Positions 17,352 through 26,223 of a stretch of 40,081 nt of DNA are shown here, one piece after another. The DNA is from a virus. The notes beneath the pieces were generated by a model that saw nothing but the letters and a program-made list of their open reading frames with translations, did no database searches and was not told where the DNA came from. A program made the position numbers and the translations under genes. Location: the UHGV virus genome UHGV-0199584, one strand, 5' to 3'. Each line of letters begins with the position of its first letter. Position 1 is the first letter of the stretch.

Positions 17352-18137
17352 ATGGCAGTGCAGGGATATGTTGTCAAAACGGAAACGTTTTATGACATGA
17401 AACTGCGGAAAGAGGGTGAAATCGTGGCGGCCGGAATTGATCTGGCCGCCGTTTATCCCTCTTTTTTCCGCAAACCGCAGACGGGTGAGGAGAAACTTGC
17501 CGCAGCAGGCATTGTTGCGGATTACGAAACAGCGTTAAAAAAGGAAAAGCAGAAAAAGGCAGATACGGCAGGCTTTACGTTTAAGGTTAAGGCGGAAACG
17601 TTTTTTAAGACCTTGAGAAAAACGGGCGATCTGGTTAAATCGGCCGAAAGGCTGGATTTGATGTATCCGGCGTATTTTGCTCTGATTGGGGTGGACGCAG
17701 CGACAGATGGCGGTATTAGTGCTCAGGCCGTGGCGGCAGATGGCGGTATTAGCGGTCAGGCCACGGCAGCAGATGACGGTGATGAAGCCGGTATTGCCAA
17801 TGCAGGGGCGGAAGCCGAGGTTATCGGGGAAATTTTGACAGCAGCGGCAGAAGCCGGCATTGCCATTGATACGGTAAGCGATGAAGCCGAAGCGGGAAAA
17901 AATCCGGATGCAGACGAGCCCGGAACTTTGGAAACAGCCGAAGTAATTGCAGATATGCCGGAAGAGGCAGGCGCCAAGATTGCCGGGAGTGCGGAAAATC
18001 AGGCGGCGGTACAGGAAAATGAAGTCGTACCGCAGCAGGAGGACCAGGCAAACGGCAAAACGGCGGGTAGTCAGAAGGCAAACGGCAAAGCGGCGGGCAG
18101 TCAGAAGGTAAACGGCAAAACGGCAAAGAGTGCCTGA
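17352..18137 (+). CDS. Hypothetical virion-associated protein with duplicated N-terminal domain and repetitive acidic tail
   Basis: Two VKxETF...LRKxG...YPxxF units; 33-nt and 30-nt tandem repeats. Confidence 0.7.
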   Translation: MAVQGYVVKTETFYDMKLRKEGEIVAAGIDLAAVYPSFFRKPQTGEEKLAAAGIVADYETALKKEKQKKADTAGFTFKVKAETFFKTLRKTGDLVKSAERLDLMYPAYFALIGVDAATDGGISAQAVAADGGISGQATAADDGDEAGIANAGAEAEVIGEILTAAAEAGIAIDTVSDEAEAGKNPDADEPGTLETAEVIADMPEEAGAKIAGSAENQAAVQENEVVPQQEDQANGKTAGSQKANGKAAGSQKVNGKTAKSA

Positions 18138-18158
18138 TAAAAATTGCCGGACAGGAAG

Positions 18159-18192
18159 AAAACAGCCGCAGAGTTGTCTGCGGCTGTTTTTT
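18159..18192 (+). terminator. Intrinsic terminator after the capsid genes
   Basis: AAAACAGCCGCAGA-GTTG-TCTGCGGCTGTTTT perfect stem, T6 tail. Confidence 0.85.
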
Positions 18193-18207
18193 GAAGAAGG
18201 AGATGAC

Positions 18208-18813
18208 ATGGAAGCAGACATAAACATTATAAACCGGGCGTTGATAAAATTAGGCGAACCGCCGCTTTCAAGCACAAACCAGCAGTCGGCGGGGCCGAAA
18301 CTTGAGATTATTTACAACGATTGTGTTGAGAGTTTGATATCGCTTTATCCGTGGAGCTTTGCTACGAGAAGGGAGTATTTGGCGGAAGTTCCGGTGGAAA
18401 TTCCCGGAAGCCGGTTTAACCATGCATATCGTCTACCGGCGGATTTGTTGGTTTTGCTGCAGGTGTATGAGCACTTTAAAGCGCCGAATTTCAGCGACTG
18501 CATTATGCTTTCGGACAAGCGTTATGACGTGGAAGGGGAATTTCTGGTATGCGACACGGACGGACCGTTGTTTATCCGGTATGTGCGGCGGGCGGAGAAA
18601 GCGTCGTTGTTTCCCAAAACCTTCAGGGAAGCCCTGATTTGCATGATAGCGGCCGAGTATGCGCCGACGCTGCATAAAAAACAGGCAGATTTGGAAAGGA
18701 TTGACCGGATGTTTTTGCGTTGGATAGAAAAGGCCAGAGAAAACGAAGAAATAAGCGAAGATGCGGAAACGATACCCGACGCGTCGTGGGTGGCGGTCAG
18801 GGAACTGTGGTGA
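18208..18813 (+). CDS. Tail tubular protein A (head-tail adaptor)
   Basis: INIINRALIKLGE, YPWSFAT, YRLPADLL, FREAL; AAGGAG SD before ATG 18208. Confidence 0.85.
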   Translation: MEADINIINRALIKLGEPPLSSTNQQSAGPKLEIIYNDCVESLISLYPWSFATRREYLAEVPVEIPGSRFNHAYRLPADLLVLLQVYEHFKAPNFSDCIMLSDKRYDVEGEFLVCDTDGPLFIRYVRRAEKASLFPKTFREALICMIAAEYAPTLHKKQADLERIDRMFLRWIEKARENEEISEDAETIPDASWVAVRELW

Positions 18814-18980
18814 GCAGCTCCGGTGCGATGTGGCTGACAGTTTGCCGGAAGCGGTCAGGGATTTGTGATGAATGGTTTCGGTGCAGATATGGCGGGGCGG
18901 TTTACCGGGAGTGGTCAGGGATTTGTGGTGAATGGCTCCGGCGTAAATATGGCGGGCGGTTTGCCGGAAGCGGTCAGGGA
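18793..18980 (+). repeat. Degenerate 58-60 bp tandem repeat (3 copies plus a partial fourth)
   Basis: GYGGTCAGGGA starts at 18793, 18851, 18911 and 18970. Confidence 0.8.
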
Positions 18981-19039
18981 GCCGCGGCAGACGGTGCCGG
19001 GGACGAAATTGGTTTGGGCAGGGATAAAGGTTTAAAGCA

Positions 19040-20263
19040 ATGGTAATGAAGCCGGGATTGATAAATTTTAACGGCGGGGAAGTGTCGCCAAAACTGGAAG
19101 GGCGTGTTGACTGGGCGAAGTACTCTTCTTCGGCACGCGTTTGTCGCAATTTTATTCCTCTGGTTGAAGGCGTATTGAAACGCCGCAGCGGCAGCCATTT
19201 TGTGGCGCTGGCCAAAGGGGTGGTTAAGGCAGCATTTAAATTTGTGGTTGCGACTGGTGCTGAAGGGGATGTGCCGGCTTTGTCTGTCGGCGGCAAAACG
19301 GCGGAACTTGCGAAAAGAGAGGGTGAAGCGGTATGGGAAACAGATTTGATGACATATCTGGAGGGGGAGACGGTTGTCTATACGGCCTCCTGCAACGGCT
19401 ATGTTACAAAAACAGGAGCGATTGCGGTTGCCGCCGGGCAGGAAGACGTCAATATTGTTTTGGCAAAACCGTCGGAGAATGACGTAACGATAAAAATTGT
19501 TGTTTTTGCCGATGATGTGGCGGTCAGATTGAATGATGTGGAAAGAAGAGAATTTACCGGAAAGAACGGCGACGCAGTTACCTGGATTATAAGTTACGGC
19601 GGCGCATCTGCCAGCGGCAGCATAATACTGACGGAGAACCGGACTTATTTTGCCTTTATGAAAAACGAAGAAGTGTGCCTTTCGGCTGATGAAATCGTAT
19701 TGACGACGGCGCCTGCTTCCGGAACGCTGTATTTGCCGGATTGTAGAATCCGCATTGTCGGCGTTGGCGGCGGAGGCGGCGCTTATGAAATGGCGGTGGT
19801 GGCGGATTTGTACTATTCCGGCGGCAGCGGGGCAGGAATTGACGCAGTGCTTTCCGTTTCGGCGGGAAGTTATGCTTATGGCTGCGGCAAGCTCGGAATT
19901 AACATTGACCCGAATATTGCCCTGACTTCGGAGCCGGGAGGGGCAACATATCTTAAAAAAGGAGGAGACATTATTGTTCAGGCCGGGGGCGGCGGTGCCG
20001 GGCATATCGTCAACGGCGACTGGTGGTATGGCGGAGAGGGCGGCAGCTATGTTCTGGCGGATGATTTTCTGCATAAGCTCAACTGGGCTAAAAACGGCAA
20101 TGCCTGCACGGCCGGGCGCGTAAATAACGGGGGAAGCTATTTGGCCGGCGTGTCGGTATATAACGGTTACGGCTGGGGTACCGGCTACCGCGGTACGGAT
20201 GCAGATTTTTCGTACGAGGCGGGGACACAGGGATTTTTATCCATAAGCTTTGCGGGAGAATAG
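19040..20263 (+). CDS. N-terminal fragment of tail tubular protein B (nozzle) fused to beta-sandwich and glycine-rich fibre-like domains
   Basis: NFNGGEVSPKLEGRVDWAKY...NFIPLVEGVLKRRSG is the nozzle N-terminus; followed by VGVGGGGG, GGSGAG and AGGGGAG motifs. Confidence 0.8.
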   Translation: MVMKPGLINFNGGEVSPKLEGRVDWAKYSSSARVCRNFIPLVEGVLKRRSGSHFVALAKGVVKAAFKFVVATGAEGDVPALSVGGKTAELAKREGEAVWETDLMTYLEGETVVYTASCNGYVTKTGAIAVAAGQEDVNIVLAKPSENDVTIKIVVFADDVAVRLNDVERREFTGKNGDAVTWIISYGGASASGSIILTENRTYFAFMKNEEVCLSADEIVLTTAPASGTLYLPDCRIRIVGVGGGGGAYEMAVVADLYYSGGSGAGIDAVLSVSAGSYAYGCGKLGINIDPNIALTSEPGGATYLKKGGDIIVQAGGGGAGHIVNGDWWYGGEGGSYVLADDFLHKLNWAKNGNACTAGRVNNGGSYLAGVSVYNGYGWGTGYRGTDADFSYEAGTQGFLSISFAGE

Positions 20264-20266
20264 AAA

Positions 20267-22708
20267 ATGTTGGTTAATTTTACTGTTTCGGATGAGTTGA
20301 GTTTTGTGATTAAATTCGGCGACCGGCATATTCGTTTTTTTGCCGATCACGGGGTTTTGCTTAACGCGTCGGGAAGTCCTTACGAAATTGCTTCGCCGTA
20401 CGGGGCGGCGGATTTGAGCCGGATTAAGACCATACAAAACGGGGACTATTTATATTTGTTTCATCCGAAATATCCGATAAAGACTTTGGGACGCTATGGC
20501 AATACGGACTGGCGGCTGGAAGATTTTGAATTGAAAAACGGTCCGTGGGAAAGCGTCAACACTTCAGAAAACGCATTAAAAATAAGCGCGGTTACCGGGG
20601 ATATTACCATTACCGCCGATACGGCCTTGTTTGCGGCAACCGATGTCGGGCGTCTGGTGCGCATTACCAACCTGAACGACGACTGTAAGGCCTGGCAGGC
20701 GGAAACTGATATTGGCGAAGGCGATGTGGTGGCCTCTGACGGCAAATATTATAAGGCATTGGCGGCGGGCAAGACCGGTACGGTCAAGCCGGTGCACAGC
20801 GAAGGAAGCAAGTCGGACGGGAAAATCACCTTTAGGTATCTGCATGCCGGATATGGCGTGGCCAAAATTACCGGATATACCGGCCCGACCGTTGTTTCGG
20901 CAAGAGTTGTGGATGAATTTCCCGAAGAGCTGGTTGCAAATTCGTCGGCTTATTGGGAGCTGGGGCTGGTGCATTCCGGGCGCGATTATCCGGTTGCAGG
21001 CGAATTTTATAAAAACCGGTTTCATTTTTTAATCAATAACAAAGGGCTGCCGTATGTCTGCCACTCGTGTTCGGGCGATTATAACAATTTTGCCGACAAA
21101 GAGCACGGGGAAATCTTGGCGACGTCGGCCTTTACGACAATGGTGGTCGGACAGGAATACAACGAAGGGCGCTGGCTTTGCGCCAGTGCAAACGTGTTGT
21201 TTGTCGGTACCAGTTCCGGAGAATATTATATTGCTCCGGCAACGACAAGCGAAGCGTTTGGCCCGGAAAATTCAGACATCAGCAATATATCGTCGTACGG
21301 TTCGCCGGACATAACGCCGGTAAAAATCGGCGGGCATGTCATTTTTGCCAGCAATGACAGGACGACTTTGCGGGATATGGTTTATTCGTACGCAACGGAT
21401 TCGTATGATCCGGCGGATATTTCAATTTATTACCGGCATTTGCTGACTTCAAAGATTACGGGAATGGTTTATCAGGAAAATCCCGATAAGATTTTATGGC
21501 TGACGGTTGGCGACGGACGGCTTATCGGCGTTACGTTCAGCGCCGAACAGGAAGTCAATGCTGCGCACCAGCACACTCTCGGCGGGAAAGTCCTGAGCGC
21601 TGCGGTTTGCGCCGCCCCGATTGGTTCCGGCGATGATTTGTGGATGGAGATAAGCCGCAGCGCCGGCGGAGAAACCATTGAAAGCGTAGAATGGATGGGC
21701 AGCGGCGAAGTCGGGGAATATCCTGACAGCGTTAATGGCATAACCGATTTGGACGAACACGAAGAGAGCGAAGCCCGGTCTGACCTGGAACGGGCTTTTT
21801 TTATGGACGGCGGGCTTGAAGCCGAGCGCGAAGTATTTTTGGACGGTTCGCTGAAACTGGCGGGGAGCCTCAAGAAGCTTGAAGTATCCAGAGACGGGGG
21901 CGAATATGAAAAACTGGATGTTTCGGGAAATACTGCGGCAATTTACGTTCATTACTACAACAATCGCAAACTCTCCGTGCATTTAGAGAATATCCGCGGC
22001 GGACACTATGAACTGACTTTTCCCGAAGCGATGGTCGGGTGCAAGGTACACCGGCAGGAACTTAACGCTGCCGGACAGGTTCTGCTTAATGCCTGGGACA
22101 CCATTCCGGCAAACGGGAAAATTTACCGTTTTGACTGCCAAAATGCTGATGAGGCGGTGGCGGGGCAGGAACTGCTATATACGGCGGATGTTTACCTTTA
22201 TATCAGCAATTTTCATAAAGAGAGAAAAAGGATAAGCATTGGCGGTCTTGAACATCTGGAAGGGAGAGAAGTTGCCATTCAGGCAGACGGCGCGGAAGAA
22301 GAAAGGCAGATTGTGAAAAACGGCAGTATTAAAATCTGGGATACGGTCCGCCGGGTTAAGGCCGGGCTGCCGGTGGACAGCGTATACATGCCGCTGCCGA
22401 TTGTTGTCAACAGCGAGGAAGGAAGCGGTTTCGGCGATGTGCAGCGGCTGTCTAAGCTGTTGATGATGCTGTATCGGAGCGGCGGCGGCCAAGTGGGCGG
22501 AATATCAGGGGAAAAGGTGCCGGTATTGTACCGAAAAGCCGATGGCAGAACCGGGCAGCCGGTACCGTTGTTTTCCGGAAACAAGCTTATTGAATGGCCG
22601 GACAGGTCTTCATTAGTAGAAGAGCGCGGCGCCCGAATCGTTATTGCCAATGATTCGGTCTTTCCGATGAATATTATGGCAATATGTCCGTATATGGAGG
22701 CGTTATGA
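20267..22708 (+). CDS. Tail tubular protein B (nozzle), main body
   Basis: FVIKFGDRHIRFF, YEIASPY, IQNGDYLYLFHP, LFVGTSSGEY, YQENPDKILW, GLEHLEG; same frame as the previous ORF. Confidence 0.9.
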   Translation: MLVNFTVSDELSFVIKFGDRHIRFFADHGVLLNASGSPYEIASPYGAADLSRIKTIQNGDYLYLFHPKYPIKTLGRYGNTDWRLEDFELKNGPWESVNTSENALKISAVTGDITITADTALFAATDVGRLVRITNLNDDCKAWQAETDIGEGDVVASDGKYYKALAAGKTGTVKPVHSEGSKSDGKITFRYLHAGYGVAKITGYTGPTVVSARVVDEFPEELVANSSAYWELGLVHSGRDYPVAGEFYKNRFHFLINNKGLPYVCHSCSGDYNNFADKEHGEILATSAFTTMVVGQEYNEGRWLCASANVLFVGTSSGEYYIAPATTSEAFGPENSDISNISSYGSPDITPVKIGGHVIFASNDRTTLRDMVYSYATDSYDPADISIYYRHLLTSKITGMVYQENPDKILWLTVGDGRLIGVTFSAEQEVNAAHQHTLGGKVLSAAVCAAPIGSGDDLWMEISRSAGGETIESVEWMGSGEVGEYPDSVNGITDLDEHEESEARSDLERAFFMDGGLEAEREVFLDGSLKLAGSLKKLEVSRDGGEYEKLDVSGNTAAIYVHYYNNRKLSVHLENIRGGHYELTFPEAMVGCKVHRQELNAAGQVLLNAWDTIPANGKIYRFDCQNADEAVAGQELLYTADVYLYISNFHKERKRISIGGLEHLEGREVAIQADGAEEERQIVKNGSIKIWDTVRRVKAGLPVDSVYMPLPIVVNSEEGSGFGDVQRLSKLLMMLYRSGGGQVGGISGEKVPVLYRKADGRTGQPVPLFSGNKLIEWPDRSSLVEERGARIVIANDSVFPMNIMAICPYMEAL

Positions 22709-23115
22709 TAGTTCGAGAATTTCGGCGGGAGGATATAAACCGGCTGGAACCGCAGCCGGAACAGAAACATGAATACGAACTGTGCCGGAATGTGGATTTT
22801 AAGTATACGGTGGAGGCAGGTGGCAACATCCTTGCCGTTTTGGCATATTTTGAATGGGGAAGCGGCGAATATGTCGTTTGTTCCCTGATATCCGGACGCG
22901 CGGGAAAATATATGCTGCAGCTGGTTCGGCAGCTGCGCTGTCTGATTGCCGAAAAGGCGGAAGAATGCGGCGCTCAAAAAATTTATATGAGCGTGCTGGA
23001 CGGATTTGCAGCCGGAGAAAGGCTTGCCCGGATATTAGGTTTTGCCTGGATTGACAGGTTGCCGGCGTATTATTTGGGCAAAGACTATAATTTATATCGG
23101 AGGAATATGAAATGA
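22705..23115 (+). CDS. T7 gp13-like / GNAT-fold virion protein
   Basis: ATGA overlap; GERLARILGF motif; synteny after the nozzle. Confidence 0.65.
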   Translation: MIVREFRREDINRLEPQPEQKHEYELCRNVDFKYTVEAGGNILAVLAYFEWGSGEYVVCSLISGRAGKYMLQLVRQLRCLIAEKAEECGAQKIYMSVLDGFAAGERLARILGFAWIDRLPAYYLGKDYNLYRRNMK

Positions 23116-23582
23116 GCGGGATGGAAATTGCGCTGCTAGCGGCGGCGATGGCGACGACAAAGGTTATTGAAGGCGTGAGCGCTTATCAGCAGGGGAAGGC
23201 GGAAAAGCAGGCATATGATGCAAATGCGGAAATTTTGCGCAACAACGCGGCAAGAAAAAGGCTGGAAACGTCTTTAAACGAGGATATTGCCCGGTCGGAT
23301 GCACGGCGCAGCCTGGCAAGGCTGGAAGCGAATGCGGCGGAAAACGGACAGATTGACAGTCCGACCACAACCGGGCTTTTGGGGCAGGCGGCGGCGGATG
23401 AAGAACAGAATATCCTTAATATGCGCTATGCCGGCATGAGCGAAGCCGAAAACTATGATAATCAGGCCAGATTGCAGAATTATTACGGCAAACAGGCGGC
23501 GGCAAACGGCAGAAACGCATTTAAGATGTCATTTCTGACCGGAGGGGTTAAGGGGTTGTCTACATATTACGGCATGAAATAA
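23112..23582 (+). CDS. Internal virion (ejection) protein, gp14-like
   Basis: Ala/Gln-rich helical protein with hydrophobic N-terminus; synteny. Confidence 0.75.
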   Translation: MSGMEIALLAAAMATTKVIEGVSAYQQGKAEKQAYDANAEILRNNAARKRLETSLNEDIARSDARRSLARLEANAAENGQIDSPTTTGLLGQAAADEEQNILNMRYAGMSEAENYDNQARLQNYYGKQAAANGRNAFKMSFLTGGVKGLSTYYGMK

Positions 23583-23592
23583 GGAGAAAGCA

Positions 23593-26223
23593 ATGGCGGT
23601 AAAATCAGACGTCAGGAGAAATTTAATCGGATCGCAGATGACACAGGCGAATGTCCGGAACCTGTGGCGGCCGGTGGTGCCTGAAGAGACGGCGGAAGCT
23701 TTGCAGGAAACGGCAGGCGTGATAGCGCAACAGCATAAGGAGCAGGAAAAAATTGCCTTCGAACGGCTGTCTCTGGAGGCGGCAAAAATGCAGCAGGAGG
23801 AGCTGGAGCAGATAAGGATGGCGGAAACGGCCGATGTAATCCCGGGGCTGGAAGCTGATTTTCAGAACAGGGTTAAGCAGCAGTTTGCGGCGGATAAGTG
23901 GGGCAAAAAGTGGCTGGAAAAACGCGGCGACGTCTTTTTTTCCGGCAACAGCGTTGATGTGGCGCGGGCCAGGGCTGCCAAAGAAGAGGAACTGACGATT
24001 TTGGAAACCGATAAGGTTCTGAAGTCGTTTGCCGACGAAGCAGCGCTGGGAACGCCGGACAAGGCAGCTTATTATCTGGCTAAAGCCGGAAGTTTTGTTG
24101 ACAATATGGCGCTGACTCCGGAGCAGAAACGCCAGGCTATGGACAATTATAATAAGTTGTGGGTTACGGGAATGGTGGAGCATAACACGGCCAATGCGGT
24201 CGGCGTTTTAGCCGGGGATATGCCCATTGCGGGAATTTCCGACATTGAGCGCGCCGGATATCTGGAGCGGGCAAGAGGAATACTGGACGCAAGGGCAGCC
24301 GAGGCGAGGGCTGCGGAAAAGCGAGCAAATGAGAAGCTGAAACTGACAAACGCGATGAAAATTGCCGAGCTGGATGTAGCCCTGACCAACGGAAAGGCAG
24401 GCGTTGATGATATTGAAAAGGCGAAAGCTGACGGCATATACGATTTGCAACCGTCGGCATATGCTAAATCGTATCAATATTTAAATAAGGCAGATGGCAA
24501 GTTAAGCGATGCGGAAACGTTGAAACGGGTGCAGGGTGAAGTTCTGGCAGGCTCGGCGACGCGGGAAAGCATTATCCAGGCTCAATATGACGGTTTATTG
24601 ACACGGGGAGATGCCGAGAATTTTATTGAAGACTTAGGCCGTCTGCACCCGGAAAAGAAGGAAACGGCAGAAAACCGGTATGATGAAGAAATACGGGAGC
24701 TTAGGAACGAATATAATCAGGGGCGGCTCACCAGAGAAGCCCTGAATAACAGGTTGAACGCTGATGAAATATCTTATAAAGCCTATGAAGAAGCTGACGG
24801 CTGGTTTGCGGCGGATGATAAAATGGAAAAAGAGGCCTCGGTTGCCGCCGAAAAAACAGCGGCAGCGAAGCGGGAAGACGATGCAAATCGGGGAATAGTC
24901 GGCGATATACTGGCTTATAAGCTTAACAGCAGCGCCGTTATAAACCAAAAATATGCGGATGGCGAGTTTTCGCAGGAAGTACGCGACGATGCGCTGCAAA
25001 CGTTGGATCGGCGAAAAAGCGAAGATAAGGCGCGACTGGCGGAATATAAGAATTTTTCTGACGAACAGACGGAGAAGGCACTTATAACTCTTATCGATGA
25101 GGGCAAAATAACAATACAGGAACAGCTCAATGCCTATCGCAATGACAAAGAAAATCCGATATCAAAACCGGTTTGGCAGGCGGCTTCGGCTTATTTGAAG
25201 GAGTATAATGCCCGAAAATCAGCGGAAGCGGCGGAAACGGAGAAAGTAAGCCAACGCGAAAAGGAAAAAGACGAACTGAAAGCATATTATGCTGACAGTT
25301 ATGCGATTGACAGTGGCGTCATAATCACGGAACGGGAGATAGACGATAATGTATTGAACGGCAGGTATGGCGAGGCGCGCGGCAAAGAGCTGAAGGAACG
25401 TCTTAACAAGAAAAAGGCGGCAGACGGAACGTTGCCGGAGGGAAAAAAGGCCGAGATGGTTTTGACGTTGTATGACGATTTGCAGAATCTGTCTGCTCCA
25501 GGGACGACAATTGAGGATTTTGAACGGCTGAACAACAAAATTATTGATTATATGGACAGTAAAATTTTGCCAAAAGCCGAGGGCGAAAAGATGTTAAACA
25601 CATTTTCTTTGGCGTATATGGGCAAATACCAAGAAGATTTGGAACAGTATGGCGAAACGCGCCTGCTCACGGCAGACGAAGGCTTTCCGGCTTTAAACAG
25701 CTGGATGGAAGATACTTTCGGCAGGGAGCCGAGGAAGGCTGATTATAACAAAACGGCGGAACAGCGGGCGGAGTATGATGCAATTATGGGTGCGCGGGCA
25801 AGGAATGCCGTTGCCGTTTATCAGCTGTATGCCGATGCGTTGGATATTGTGGCCAAAGAGAACAATTTGGACAGTGCCGCCGATATTGTCGCATTGGACA
25901 ACAAAGTATTAAGAAGCCGGATTTATGGGGCGGCAGTGGAACTGACCAAAAGAACATGGGCGAAAAACCGGTACCGGAGTTTGGAAAATCAGGCGGTTAA
26001 TCCGACGGCGGTCTTATCCGGCTGCGACGGTCTTGTGCGCATATCTGCCGAAAGAGGCATTGCCGGCGAAGCAGGGGCATCCGGCGGGCAGAAGCTTAAT
26101 GAAGAGAGGGTAATAGGAACCGCTTATGACCCGGTTACCGGAAGATATGGTCTGCAATTTTCTAACGGCGAAATCCGGGAGGTTTCCCGTGATGTATATC
26201 AACAATATGGAGGTAGTTACTAA
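23593..26223 (+). CDS. Internal virion (ejection) protein, gp15-like
   Basis: 876-aa helical protein between the gp14-like and gp16-like genes. Confidence 0.7.
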   Translation: MAVKSDVRRNLIGSQMTQANVRNLWRPVVPEETAEALQETAGVIAQQHKEQEKIAFERLSLEAAKMQQEELEQIRMAETADVIPGLEADFQNRVKQQFAADKWGKKWLEKRGDVFFSGNSVDVARARAAKEEELTILETDKVLKSFADEAALGTPDKAAYYLAKAGSFVDNMALTPEQKRQAMDNYNKLWVTGMVEHNTANAVGVLAGDMPIAGISDIERAGYLERARGILDARAAEARAAEKRANEKLKLTNAMKIAELDVALTNGKAGVDDIEKAKADGIYDLQPSAYAKSYQYLNKADGKLSDAETLKRVQGEVLAGSATRESIIQAQYDGLLTRGDAENFIEDLGRLHPEKKETAENRYDEEIRELRNEYNQGRLTREALNNRLNADEISYKAYEEADGWFAADDKMEKEASVAAEKTAAAKREDDANRGIVGDILAYKLNSSAVINQKYADGEFSQEVRDDALQTLDRRKSEDKARLAEYKNFSDEQTEKALITLIDEGKITIQEQLNAYRNDKENPISKPVWQAASAYLKEYNARKSAEAAETEKVSQREKEKDELKAYYADSYAIDSGVIITEREIDDNVLNGRYGEARGKELKERLNKKKAADGTLPEGKKAEMVLTLYDDLQNLSAPGTTIEDFERLNNKIIDYMDSKILPKAEGEKMLNTFSLAYMGKYQEDLEQYGETRLLTADEGFPALNSWMEDTFGREPRKADYNKTAEQRAEYDAIMGARARNAVAVYQLYADALDIVAKENNLDSAADIVALDNKVLRSRIYGAAVELTKRTWAKNRYRSLENQAVNPTAVLSGCDGLVRISAERGIAGEAGASGGQKLNEERVIGTAYDPVTGRYGLQFSNGEIREVSRDVYQQYGGSY

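Noticed and set aside
18793..18980. Possible CRISPR array
   Set aside because: Whole units are similar along their length, so there are no unique spacers
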